NCBI GenBank assembly: GCA_964057225.1
Contig: OZ059896.1
Span: 9,486,001 to 9,550,000, forward strand
DNA: 64,000 bases
Origin: Auanema rhodensis
Lineage: Eukaryota > Animalia > Nematoda
Direction of reading: 5' to 3'
A model generated the notes under the pieces. It saw only the letters and a list, made by a program, of their open reading frames with translations. It did no database searches and was not told where the DNA came from. Position numbers and translations under genes: made by a program. Shown piece by piece: positions 27,354 through 41,454 of this stretch. Positions within the stretch are counted from its first letter, which is position 1. Each line of letters starts with the position of its first letter.

Positions 27354-27810
27354 GTATTTCAATAATGAAAAACTATGGTATGAATATGATTTTATTGTAT
27401 ATTGTATTTGTCGGTAAAATATAACATGACAATATTATACAATGACATAATGTTCAATATTAGAAATTAAGTTAAATTATTATATTAAGATAAGTGGTTA
27501 CAAACAGATGTACAAAGTTTAAAAAAAATTAATATTAGGAAGTTTGAGACCGAAAAAGTGGTTCATACATACACTAAAATACGTTGAAGTACCAATATAT
27601 ACAAAACTTAGCGTAAAGCGGTCATACGAAAGTATAAAATTAGTTTATGCGATGCGCACATGGCGGATTAACTTGCTGGGAATAATGATAATAAGAAAAG
27701 AACAATATAAAGAGTTTTAAAACCTTTACCCAAATAAATAGGTAAGTTAGAAAGAAAAGTTTCAGTTATAATGAAAATAAATTACAAGCTTGTGAAGAGC
27801 CTACGTTGCC

Positions 27811-30800
27811 TCAAACGATTTTACCGTAAACTGACATTCTTATTGATAGAAGCTACAACAACACGCCATTGACGGCTATCAGGATTCAAGTCAGCATTCG
27901 GAAACCGCCACTGGATCACCTCTTGAATCCACTTTTTCTTCTCTTCATTTTGATCCTGAAGCAAAAGCATTAGTAGATCCGAAAATTATATAGTAATGTG
28001 TTAACATACCTTAAAATTCAATTTCAGAGAATCTTTGAAAACAGCACGTCCGATATTTCTAGCATAAACTTGAATATTTCCTTTTGAATCATCCCAGCAA
28101 TCGGCTTCTTCTTCCTCGTCCACACTTACATCACTTGAAAAAACAGGTCCTGCGAATAAGTATCGATTGCAAAAGTAAGTCAAATGCAATTAGTAATACC
28201 ATCTTTTCTATTTCGTTTACTTCCTCTTAAGTTGATAGTTGTAGTAGATGTCGAAGTGGAAGGGACATCTGTTGACTTAGATTTCTGTGCTTTATTTCTG
28301 CTCTGGTTAGTCTGAAAAGACACATAATTTCTCTCAAAATCGGAAAATAATTCTACTTGGTTAGAAGAAACAGAGTTATCGCTTTTGGTTTTCCTAACAA
28401 CTTCAGGCTTTTCCTCCTTAATGGTAACGACAGGAACAGGCAGTTCAGATATTCCTGAAATCAAATTAATATAATACTGATTTTCGAAATAGAATATATA
28501 CCATTTATATATTTGTTTGCTGCAGAAGTACAACATTTCCATTTGGCTACATGGGCGAACTTTTCTGGAGTAGGGAAACGACGATCCAAAATTTCATGAA
28601 GCCAATTTCGTTTTCCCAAATCTCGATCCTTAATTATGAATATAATTAATCGATTGGATCGATTACATTAAATTACTTTGAAATACAAATGTTGAGAATT
28701 GGGGAACAAATGCTCGCACATAAGCTCGCAGTATGTTGCAGGAACTCCATTACTCTTCTTATAGCACTCTTCCTCAATATCTTTGGAGAAGTAAGGGAAT
28801 GGATTTTCTGAAAATTAAGAAAATAAGATTTTTATAATTAAAAAAATACTAACCAGCTCCGTCTTCTCCAACTACTTTTGTCCTGTTTTTGTTGCATGCT
28901 ACAGCACATACCTAGAACCGAAAATATTATAAGATCAAACCAAATATAACACCACCTTCCAACGCTGGTCTCTCTTCAATTTATCGTGTATCGGGAAGCG
29001 TACATCAACACATTCACGAAGCCAGTCTTTTCGCTTAGGATCCTTTAACGAATTGAATGAAAAAGTAAAAAATACAAACAATTACTTGTTCTTTAAAGAA
29101 ATTTTGTAGTGAATCAGAGAAGAGATGGAAAGCCATAAGTTCAGCATACTTGGTAGCATCGTTATTAGAACGTTCATGACACGACTTTTCAATATCACTG
29201 TTCAAGTATTTGAAAGTTACTGAAATAGTATGAACACGGTCACAATATAATGCTCATAGTACTTACGTTCCCCTGGTAAGGAGCGACTTTTGTTTTTCTT
29301 TTCACGGGCATTTAAAGTCATGTTCTTGTTGATATAGTATGAGCAATTTTTCCATTTCTGGAGATGAGCTGCGCGATCTTCTGCAGGAAAACGGAAGTCA
29401 ACAGCTTCGTGGAACCAATTTCTCTTTTTTGCGTCTTGATCCTAGAAATAAACGAAGTAATATATGAGGTAAACATCCATTTCTTACCTTGAAGTATAAA
29501 TGTAACGTATCTGCGAATAATTGGCGACTCAGTTGTTGAGCATATACAGCATAACTTCCTTGGGCTCTTCGAAAAATATCTTCTTCCTCCAAACGAGCGA
29601 TAAAAGGATAACGTAAGACTAAAATTTCGAATTATCAATAAGCCATTCCGAACGCGAAAATACCAGGTCCAGCTCTTCCAATTGTTGATTCCTTTTTTCG
29701 TGGAGGTGAACGGTCTTCCATATACTCATCAGCATCAAATACACGCTTGGCAGCTTTTCTACACAAGAAAAAATGAAAACCATGAGTCGACAACACTATA
29801 CCTTTTCAATTCCTGTTGTACAATCTTATCGAAATAGTTCGGTAAATCTGGTTTCCGTGTTAATGTATCTCTACGAGTTAAAAGACTCCTTGAAGGACTG
29901 AGATCACCTCCTAAAGCAATGCTTTGTGGATATTCATCTGAAACACAAAATCTTAGAGGCTACGGATCTTTGTCATACCAAAGTTATTCACTACTGATCC
30001 ATCTGAGGCCGTTCCATAGTAGCGAACCAAAATTTGTCGTATCTCCTTGAAAAAAGTATAATAGAATTATACGAATATTGATATCAAACCTGGAACCGCC
30101 GGTTAATCCTTGATACATCCTCCGACATTTCATGAAGAAGATTCTGAAGAAGGTCTCGAACTATTCCAACTGATTCAAAATCTATAAAAAGAAAATAAAA
30201 GATTGCATTAGGTTTGTAGGTCGTACTCATAGGTGGTTCACAACTCTCCTGTCGATACCGATCAACTTCTACCGACTCGTCAACAGCTGATTCTGGTGTG
30301 GCCTCTCCAGCATATGACACCATCTGGAGAATGTTGGATTCGCCTAAGCCATCATCAGAAGAATCGCGAACTTCGTCAGCACTATCAGAAGATTCACCAA
30401 TCATAATTTCAGATGATTTATTACTCTGTGAACCCTATAAAAAGCGTTTTAACGAAAACTTCTGGTTAAAAAGTCTTACAGCGGCGCTGGATGATCTGTT
30501 TGTAGCTAAGTCATCACAAATCGATCTAGCATCGGTTGAATTCCTGCACAAAGCTGCAACTTCAAGATGGCGTCCATCGAATTCAACAACGGTTCCTGCA
30601 AAAAAAAATTACTTATTTTAGAAATATCAATTCTGTTGAATGACAACTTCTTCGAAATCCGAAAAGCTAACTATCAGAATTCTGATCAACTCATTTGGAA
30701 ATGGAATGTCTTAGATTTTCAAGAAGAGATTATTTAATAAACATTGTGAAACATAGTGATACCTTCAGTTGCTCCTTCTAATGCCTTCTTGTCGGATAGA

Positions 30801-30856
30801 ATGGAGTACTCTCGAGCGGATGGGTCGAACACTACTGCAGCAATATAATCCGGCAT
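27811..30856 (-). CDS. Putative nuclear protein with four tandem ~75-aa helical repeats resembling nematode BEN domains
   Basis: Spliced frame from ATG 30856 to TGA 27811-27813; repeats share Y...L...LF.D.L..YFK-D.D..KR.W..E..D.RFP........W..C....N+. BEN assignment is from recalled similarity to LIN-14-type domains. Confidence 0.75.
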
Positions 30857-33391
30857 GAGGATAACCTGGAATTGAAATATTATTAAAATAAAGAAAAAAT
30901 AAAATGTTTCTTCGATATTGTGAGAGTGAGCAGCTTTAAACGGATTTAAGAAGTATGAGAGCGTCGTGGTTGCTTTGTTGTTCGGAGGTTAAACGCAACG
31001 CAACCGCGTTCACAAAGCTACTTTATTTGGAATAAAGTATTTTTTGCATAGTAATAAAGATTGCATATATAACAAATTAGGAAATGATTTCATCTTCAAG
31101 GAACCATTTAAGTTTAAGGAAGTATTGCCTACTACGGAGGTAGCTCTGTTGTGGTAGGTTAGTGGAGCGCTCGCTGCAGAAAATCGATAGAGCTGACACC
31201 GCCTCCGACTTGTCTATAGGCAAGCCACAGCCTGTGTGTCTATGTGGTGTAGTGCGTGAATCGTCTTAAACAACCGAAACAGAAAGCCAAACAGGCGGAT
31301 TCAGAAGCCTTATCAGAAGAGTAATACTTAATTGTATTTTGGAAATAATTTAAAATATAGTATAGTTCTGTAGAGGAGCTATAATTCACTAGAATGGAAA
31401 TAATTCAAAACGAGGTTAAGATTTGATAAGAATATAAGATTGATGAGATGAATCAAATTAGAAAATTAAAAGATGGAAAAGAGTCTATTCTGTACAATAC
31501 AAGAATATAAAATGACTATTCAGTTAGGTGTGATGTCGTTTGAAAGTTGTTCATGGATTTTACAATCTGAATGTAGCCCGGAGTCACTCTGAAAACATAT
31601 TAGGTGCCGTGAACATTAAGAGGTCGAGCTAATCTGCTTTCTCTGGGGTTATGTTTCTGGCGCCAAATGATGATGTGAACAAAGAAAACACCTGTATACA
31701 GTAGGTTCACTTTTAGCTAATTCTCAATATATATATATACATATATATATATATATGTATATACTTAATTTGAAATAAGTATAAAAACCTAAATATATGG
31801 ACTTGTGAATGCATAATAGCATGAGATATACTTGAGCATTAATAAACTGGTTTATACTTAGAAAGTGATACTTCGATAACGTTTTCGTATTACACAGCTG
31901 AGGAAACGGGAATGAGAAACGCATACGAATGAATCTTTTCAACTACTGACCGGCAAACGACTAGGTAAATCGTTTAGCAAACAAAGTATCCACATGTGGT
32001 CAAGATATCTTAGAAAGAACTCTTATCGAAGAAGATACAGAAGATACGTCAAGATTCGGTGAAGCGTTTTGTTTTCAGAGTATATACTCCGTATCGGATT
32101 TTTGATTTATGCTGAAAATAAGATATAGCTGGAAGTAATCACCATCTCTCAAAATACCCTCTGTTCGGTCAGCATCGTTTGTGCGACAGAAGTCTTGCAG
32201 TGGTGATACTGAAACATATACCAATAGTAATATGAAGTTAATCAAAAAAATTTAATATACAGCTATTAAACCCTTATATCCAACTAATTTGTTCATGTAG
32301 TCTTAGTAGTAGCGTAAACGACAAACAGTTTAACAACTATTTGTCAGTTACCAACAAGAAAAAACCATTTCGTCAATGATTTTGATGTAGAGATCGTTAG
32401 AAAGATTTTTGTTGCGGAGAAATGCTTGCCGCCTTCATACATTCTGATGAATTCAATTAGATAGCGAAATGAGGATGAAACAAGACAGATAATCGAGATC
32501 TAAGGTTAGAATAAGATGAAATAACGTGCAAAATTAGGGAACATAGAGATATAACGAAAAAAGGAGAAAAAAATAGGAACCGTTTTCAATCTCAATAACT
32601 AAGATTGATGGATGTACATATACCCATAAGTGAAAAAAGCAATATAATCCTTCAAGAGTACTAAGCAAAGATGATGAGCAATTAGAATTTCGTAAGTGAT
32701 ATATAAGAAGAGTTCTTATTTATTTTTATTTTCTGTATTAATTATATATTATATATAAAATATAATTTTAAAATCTTAATTTTTAGATAAGACGTATGCA
32801 GTGGTAAACATCATTTGAATTCTTAGGCTGTCTCAATCGGTTGCATGTTTGTATGTTTGTTTGTTGTGTAGAAGTAAACATTGAATTCACTATGAGGTCA
32901 TATTGATTGTAAACCAAGAAATAGCTTGGTATGAAATCAATAATCACCATTCGTTAACTTCAAAGCAACTATTTCAAGTAATGTGAAGTTCGCTTGGAAT
33001 CAATTTGAATTTGAGCGTTCCCTAAATAATGATATAAATACATTTAATAATAATAATTTATTAATTATTTGAATATATAAATATATATTACAATTCTGAG
33101 AGGCCATATCACAGTTTAACTATGAAAGCAACTGAAAAAAAAATAAAATTTAACAAAAAAAATTGAATCATGGGTTGAAGGCATTAAGATGAGCATGAAT
33201 GGAATGTTTTGAGTTAATTGAAAGAATAAACAAATAATAAGAATAATATATAAGAACCGTCTTTTGGCTAAAAATCACAATCAGTTAATTACCAGACACT
33301 TGAAACTGGTATTTCAAAGAGATACAGTATCGTAACAAATGAGAAATGTCTGAATTAAAGTTTTTTTTCGCGTTTCTAAGGCTTTTTTTGG

Positions 33392-36300
33392 TTAAATTTG
33401 GTCTTGCGTCATACTTGGTCTGTACATGTGCTGTTGAGCTTGTCGAATTCTGAATTTGTTTGTAAAAAATTCATATAATTATGTCATGATCTATACCTCT
33501 GTTCTAAGATATTTTCTCGAACATTGTCATCAGATTCTTTTTCAGTAACGTAAATCGTTTTTGATTCATACTCATCCTCATCTTCGTAATAGTATCCTAC
33601 TGGTCGTGGACCTTCTGGAAAGAATAGCAAGATTAAAAAAAATCTCAAAAAGTGCAAAGAGAGAGAGAGAGAGAGTCAGTAGAAAAAATAAACTGACCTA
33701 TTACTGGTCGTCCATAGATGAAGTTACTTTGTAGATCTCCGATATGATTCTTTTCCGGTTCAACTTCATCGAGGCGATTAAAGCGACAAGATATCATATA
33801 TACAATGGAAACTATAGCTACTAGAACAACGACAACTCCACCTAAATATAAATAAAATTAGTTAAATATCTTAAAAGATTATAATACCAATAGCAGCCAT
33901 GACAATAGTGAATTTCTGGGTAGATGGTCGTACACGTTCTTCGCATCTTAAATCATGAGAATTAACTTAATTTACCAGAACATAATTAAATTTAGAGTTA
34001 ATCTTATATGTTGTTCTAGTTCATTATCACTAACCTTTCACCGGCAAAATAATCCTTGCAAACACATTCAACAAGTCCGACAGGGTTCTTCTTACACACA
34101 CCATCGTTAAGACAATAATTTGTGCAAGCATCTTAAGATATACATTACAGTATTCTCTTACAAAAAATTCAGATACCTTTGCAATAGGTTCCGTTTCCAA
34201 TGTATCCGGGCTTACAACGACATTCATAGGAAGGAATATCATTGTGATCAGGTAAATCAATACATATAGCATGCCAAGAACAATCATCTTCTCCTGTGGA
34301 ACATTGATTTGTATTATAACACTGTGATTCTGCTGTTGCTCCTGAAATAGTTATAACTCATTAATTATATTCTTTCTGATTACCAACCTTCAGCAGCTGT
34401 TGTATGATCAACAGGGCAAAGTTTGCAAGTTGTTTGTTGTTCTAAATCCTGGAAGGTACCTCGTTGACAGAATTGACAGTGTTTCCTGTAATTGGAAAAA
34501 AAGTTCCATTAGATATTTTGTTTATTTCAATAACGCTTACGTTTCTTTCACTAAATATTGTCCTGGTCTACATAGAGGGGTATTGCATTGTCCTCGTCGA
34601 GTTGATGACATACCTTCGGTTGTAGTACCTATAAATGCGTATTATTTGTTTAGTAAATGTTTTATAAATTAAAATTTAATATAAACATATGTAGTATAAT
34701 CGAATTTACCTGGCGGACACTGAATGCATTGCTTATTCTCTCCGCGACTACGATAGAATCCGATTGCACATGGCTGACATATTCCAGATGCTGATAGTTG
34801 TTCCCCATCTGAAAGAAAACATTAAATGAAACAAGCAAATTGTTTTCAAATGTTACCTGGACATTCGTCTTTACATTGATCTTCAGATTTGGAAGTGTTT
34901 GTCAAAGTTATTTTACCAATTCCACATGAGATACATTTGAAAGATCCTGCCAAAGGCTGATAAAAGCCAAGGCCACATGGTGTACATTTTGATGTAGAAA
35001 GATCTAAGTAATGACCTGGTTGACAATTATCTAAAAACATCTCTTATTCAGTAATTTATTTATGTCATTCAATTTAACCTTTGCATTCTTCTTCAGCAAC
35101 TGCTCCCATTCCTGAAGTCACTTGATCAGCTGGACATGAGAAGCATTGAGATCTTCCAGAAAGAGGCTGATAGGATCCTTCAGGACAGAACTCACACTCT
35201 GACGTGCTAGCTGAGTAATATGTTCCAGGAGCACATGGAACTGTATTAAGATGAAATAATTTAACTAATATAGTTAACACTTACCGCAAACATCATTGAC
35301 TGGAATTTGACCGGGTTGACAGTGGAACTGATCTAACAGTTGGAAAGAGTTTAGATCAGGACGTCCATTTGGAAGAACCTAAATCATAAGAACTTTCTAT
35401 TTAAAACTCTGATTAAAACATACTTTCTCCATGTTGAAAGCGCCATTGGTGAGAATAGCATCTTGAAGAACATCAGCAACTTGTATCTTCTGTGCGCTTG
35501 CAGGGTCAACAACCAAAGCTCTGAAAATGCGAATTAAACCATGGCCAAAAGATGTTAATAGTGATTTTATTCTCCAAGTTGTTAATGTTATTACCGTTTT
35601 ACGGGCAATTCCACTCGGATTTGGAAGGAATGAGCTTCGCGTTTTATACGCCTGACATCAGAAATACAATCAATATCAATGCGAACTCCTATGCATGTGT
35701 TGTTTTCCCTAAATATTGACGTAAACAATGTAGAAGTGTATGTTCAAAAATAAACAAAAAAAAGTAAAAGAAACTTACACAGCACTGCATATATTCCATT
35801 TTTTATTAATTTCATTTATAACATCAATTAGTTTTTGGCGTAAAGCATTCTTGCTAGAATCTGTACACATGGAAGAAGCTGGATAAGCCAGTCGAAGAAC
35901 TACCACACGTGTAGCGGGAATTGTTCTTAAAATTTATTATTTTGTTTTATACCCCCATTTTCTAAAACATACTTTGTACATTGAGGATATCTGAATGAAA
36001 TTCTGCTTTCCTGTCTTGGACCCCATTCACCGTCAGAAGCACATGTATAGAAGTAGGATGGTGGACGAGAAAATTCGAATCCATCTCGGCATTCGATGGA
36101 GCATGCCTTATAACGAAGCTGTGGACCCCAAGCTTCACAAGCTTGAATTCCATTAATCGGCTCTTGCAAAACAGGGCAATGTTCCTTCACAACATGAATC
36201 TGAAAAAAATTAAAGTAAGATTAATCAAACATAAAGTAAATATTTGTGCATAGTTGTAAATGTTTTTTCAAAGTTCTACGCAAGTTTTCTAAAAAAACTT

Positions 36301-39300
36301 AATAGTGGATATTTAATAAATTCTCTTGAATTTTAAATAAAATATTCAAATACCTTGAATGTACATTTAGCTGATCTCGCTGAACCATCGTAAGCAACAT
36401 ATAATACATCATATTCTCCCCATGTGAAAATCTTTAATATCAATTATCAATTATATGAATTCTAAAGAATTGTGTGTTGTTTACCTGTCCCGGTTTCAAA
36501 TTCTTTTCAATTTTCACAAGTGATTTCTTTGAGAAGAATATTGGTTCATTCCAGGTAACATTTACTTCTCGTTTCGTAGTTATTAAGTATTGATCCGGAG
36601 GACAATTCTGAAATGAAGTAATACTTCATACCAGATCAGAATCTTAACAAACCTCAACGACAATTTCACTTTCTTCATGAACTTTTACATTTTCACGTCC
36701 ACAGGAACTGCGAGATAATCTTTCAACTTTTCCTTGGAGAACAGTATACCCAGAGAATCGAACCAAAAGATTTTTCATGCTCGGCTAAAAATAACTTGCA
36801 AATGCAAAACTGATTAAGAAATGTAACAAACCTCTGATTCCTGGCAACTAGTAGCCATAATTGGAACTTCGTCTTCGAAGCTAATCAGTCTGTCCCACAT
36901 GTGAACTCTTGTAATAGAACCTTGTAATGGTGTTGTATCAGAACCAAGAGAAATGATTACACTGAATTACAAATTATTGTTTTATAGATTCAAAGTAAAT
37001 GATTCACTTCATATTCAGTTGATTACCAGCTCCATATCCAGTGTCATCGAAGAGCCGAATAGAGTTCCAAATAAGAGAGTATGCTCCTTTTTCTGATGTC
37101 CACATAAACACCTTAAGACAAGAGAAATTAAATTGCAACTACATCTTAAACTCTTACTAAATGATTCCATCTTCCATTATTAATTTTTTGGGATGCAGGG
37201 AAGTGTAAATGAAGTGCTGGACTTTTTTCAAACATATTCAGAGTGACACCCTCATCAGAAACCTCCAGAAGAGATATTGGGTTTAATGAATAGTTCATGT
37301 GACTGAATATACAATTAGAATTGGAAGCATTTGGTGCTGTAATTACCTGCTGTTGTATAAGTTGAGAACGACTCCTTTTCCTTGTTCCTCATCAAATCGA
37401 ACCCAGAATGATAACGAGAATTCTGAGCCTGTTAAACTGAATGGCAATGCCCTAGACACTTCAGCTGGTCGTAAACTATCATAGAAATGGAAATCATAAT
37501 CTTCATCAATATCCTTTTCGCAGCTTGATCCCATTTTGTTAAATGGACATTTGCAGAATACTCCATTAATCTGGTCTATGCATTGAGAATTGACTGGACA
37601 TGGTGAAGACAGACAATCATTTATATTAACTTCACAATGTTCTCCAGTGAAACCTATTCAAAATAATGTAAACATTTCTAATAGAAGCATTATCATTACC
37701 TGCTACACAAGTGCAAATAGATTTTCCATTTTCAATATGGCATGAGCCGCCATTCTGGCATGTACCAGAAGCACACATATCAGTAGTGTATTGACAGCCT
37801 GAAAAGAAGCTTACAGAAAAAATTATCATTATGAGTCATACCATCTCCCCGGAAGTGTTTGTTACATGTGCACTGAGAACGTGATCCAAAATCTCCACAA
37901 ACTCCTCCGTTCAGGCAAGGGTCACCCATACATCTATTGGGAGCTACTTCACAATCTTTTCCACTTACACCTTCTGGACAGACACAGAAATAATCGGTTG
38001 GAGTCGGAACACAGTGGCCATTGTTGTGACAAGGATTATTAGCGCAGATGCTCGATTCCTTTTCACATCTTAAAATAATTTTCTTGAGTATGGCTCATTT
38101 CCTATTATGATTTGTACCGTTGTCCTGTCCATCCTTTAGCACAATGACATTGGAATGACGCACCCATATCAACACAGCTTCCATTATTTAAACAAGGTAA
38201 TGATATACACTGAAAAATAAAAACAATTACTTTTGATTTCGAAATTATTTCCAACTTGATCAATTTTTTGTTCACAATATGGTCCAGTATAACCAGGCTT
38301 ACAAACACAGGTAAAGCTATTTATTCCATCTTCACAGCTCTAAAAGATAAGAGGAATATCAGTTATAATAATGATATACTGATTATATATTATTCATCTC
38401 ACCTGTGTTCCTATATCATAACACTTGTTGTACTTGCATTCAATAATATTATGTTCACAATGAACACCGTCATATCCAAGTGGACATGTACAGACATATG
38501 ATGGACCCAAATTAGTGCAAGTTCCTGAAAATGAGTTGTGCTTTAGTCATTATATTACTTTATTTGTTTAGATTTTTATCATTTTGTTATAAAACCATAC
38601 CATTATTACTACATGGATTTGATGCACAGTGGTTCACTAGATGCTGACAGTTTTTACCATAATATCCAGCACTACATTCACATTTGTATGATGTAAGCTA
38701 AAAGAAAAAATAATAATTATGATACATAACGTTATAGTTAATAATTTTATTTTAAATTATAAACTATATTTCCTTTCATTGTTCGTTTTTTTTTCTCAAA
38801 GTATTCACCTGTCTTATACATTTACCACCATTTTTACATATATCTTGAGCACATTTGTTAACAGCTACATTACATCTAAATATTATATATTTTAATTAAT
38901 AAAATTAATTTTATAAATTACTTTTCTCCTGTCCATCCTTCTTCACATATACATTTTTGTTCAAATAGTGTATCAACGCATATTCCATTTTCACATGGAT
39001 TAGAACTACATAGGTTTTCTGAGAAAATTATAATTTCCATCCCAAATGTCTGATTAAAATAAATATTCTTACCTTTAACTTGACAACGTTTTCCTGTAAA
39101 ACCATGAGGACATTTGCACTCAAAATCGTTAACCAGGTCGACACATGTTGCATTCAGTGCACAAGGTGAGACAGCACAATCATCTGAAATTTTAAAAACT
39201 TCGTCTTCACATTTCTAAGTATTCAAGCTTCAAGCTCAAGATTATAACGAAAGTTATAATTTATATTTCTTTAGTTTTCAAAAAAGAAAATATTTCTTTA

Positions 39301-41395
39301 AATAATATTTTTCTAATTAAAGAAAAAGATGCAGATTCATGATTATTTACTATTCATTTTGAAACTGAACTATGCAGTTGATAACATACATGTATATACA
39401 TTGATTCATATTGTTAACAAGAAATATGATAATAGTGCGTTTCAAATCATTTTCATTTCCATTTGTCTTAGATTTATATTCGTATTAACTATTAAATTTC
39501 GAGTATATCGAATTATTTGAGCATGGAAACAACATATGTTGACACCGATAAATCCTCCCAAGGCAGTACGGCCGCATGCGGCAGTCCTAGTGGTAGCAAG
39601 AATCGCTCCACCCCATTTAGTCTTTCCATAGACGGCTTCGGCTTCACCTTCTCTTGCTCCAAAAATTCCAATCGATCTGCTTCTTACTCAGAACATAGAA
39701 ATACAATGTTGGGCTGCTGTTGTTGTTGGCCAGTACATCGATGTGTCACGGTAAGCAATATCAATTATTGTTTCTGTTTTTTTTTGTTTAAGAAATCAAA
39801 TTTTCATTATGTTTGATGTTAATGAGACTTTCATTCGTAATAGTGCTCCCGATCTTGTTTTATTTTTTTATCAAGATTATATTGATTAAACTAAGAAAAG
39901 AAGTAACTTTAGATATAGCGAGAAGGACATTATTTAGTGACGATGCTTTAAGAGAAAAATCAATGTCACCATTTTCGTCTTGTTGCTATTTTAACTTTAC
40001 ATACATGTGTAGCAGACATGCTTTTTCCATATCAGTATCCCTCGAGCTTTGATCATACTCAATGTCATGAAAAAGTGAAAAAGATAGCTAAGAAGAAATA
40101 AATAGATCGAGAAAAGAGGAGAGAGAGAGAGTTAAAAGATGAAAGGGTATAAGAGAGCAAAAGAAAAAGAGCACAAGTTGAAAAACAAAAACAAAACATT
40201 CAGTCTCATAACCATTTTTCAAATATGTAGTTGATATGAATTATGTACATATATATATTGTTTTGTTTAATTTTAGGCACTCTCTCTATTGGATACATGC
40301 ATAGTTTCCTATATTACATATAAATTTGCTAATATTGTTTATAACACCTTAGAAGAACCGTAAGTTCATTTTAAATTATGTTTACAAGAGAATTTGTAAA
40401 AATAAATTGTGTGAAAGCTTTACATGAACTAACAAGATTTTTGAAGGACTTTATGAATATGCCAATTTTCTTGTATGACCGAGTAACACTAGCCAAAGCC
40501 AATGTCCAAATAATTCTTCTTTTTTTTTGCCCCTATAGAAGTCAAAGTTTTTTTTCTTCTAATCATTTTCTGGTATTATACCCATATTTCTCTGTAAAGC
40601 AGTAGATTGGACAAATAATAGATATCGATCTAAAAATGAAGAAGAAGAAGAAGAAGAAGACGGCGACATTAGTGTTGAGAGAGAAAAGCCGGAAACGGGT
40701 AAGAAATGCCAGTTGAGCATCATGTTGAGCTCCTATAGCAAGAAGGGGTCGCAATGAGAAAGATGTCTTTGTAAGTCCACTCCAGTTTATTAGTATGTTA
40801 GGTTTTCTGAAGACGATTTGAAAACAATAGCTTCAACAAAGGCACAAAGTGAATGCACATATGCAAGACTGAGAATGAGCTTCACATTTCCTATTATAAA
40901 TGAATTTGTCGTTGTAAAGAATGTCTTATCCGTTATTAGGTAACTAGATGTAAATCAAATTCAATGTGTTCCACTTATTATTAGTTTAAGACTATGTCTA
41001 TATGAATCTATAAAGCTTGGGATTAGTGAGCTTTATATAACTGATTGTTAGCAACCGTTGCAAGCCACGCCGTTATACCTTGATGATCACTAGTCTGTAT
41101 GTCATGCATCTGTTCTGAATGACAGCTAAAGAGGCCTCAAGCCAACAACATGGATTATAATAGCTCAAAGCCAAAGCAATGACAAAATCTTGCCCAAGTG
41201 ATGAAGGCATTGTCCCATTTAGAATATTGAGTATAGTGGTCAGAAAATTGAGAAAATATAAAAAACAGCTTTTTTCTATTTTGTTTACTTAAATTGAGAA
41301 GTACGTTTTGTACAACTAGAACAAGATGTTCATAAATTGATTTAAAAGAAGGATATATGTAAGTAGGCCGAAATAGTTGCAATAGCGAGAGAAAA

Positions 41396-41454
<59 letters not shown>

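Noticed and set aside
27360-27810. lin-4/let-7 sites in the 3' UTR of the BEN-like gene, as in lin-14
   Set aside because: No lin-4 seed match (CTCAGGG) seen; architecture also differs, so not called lin-14.
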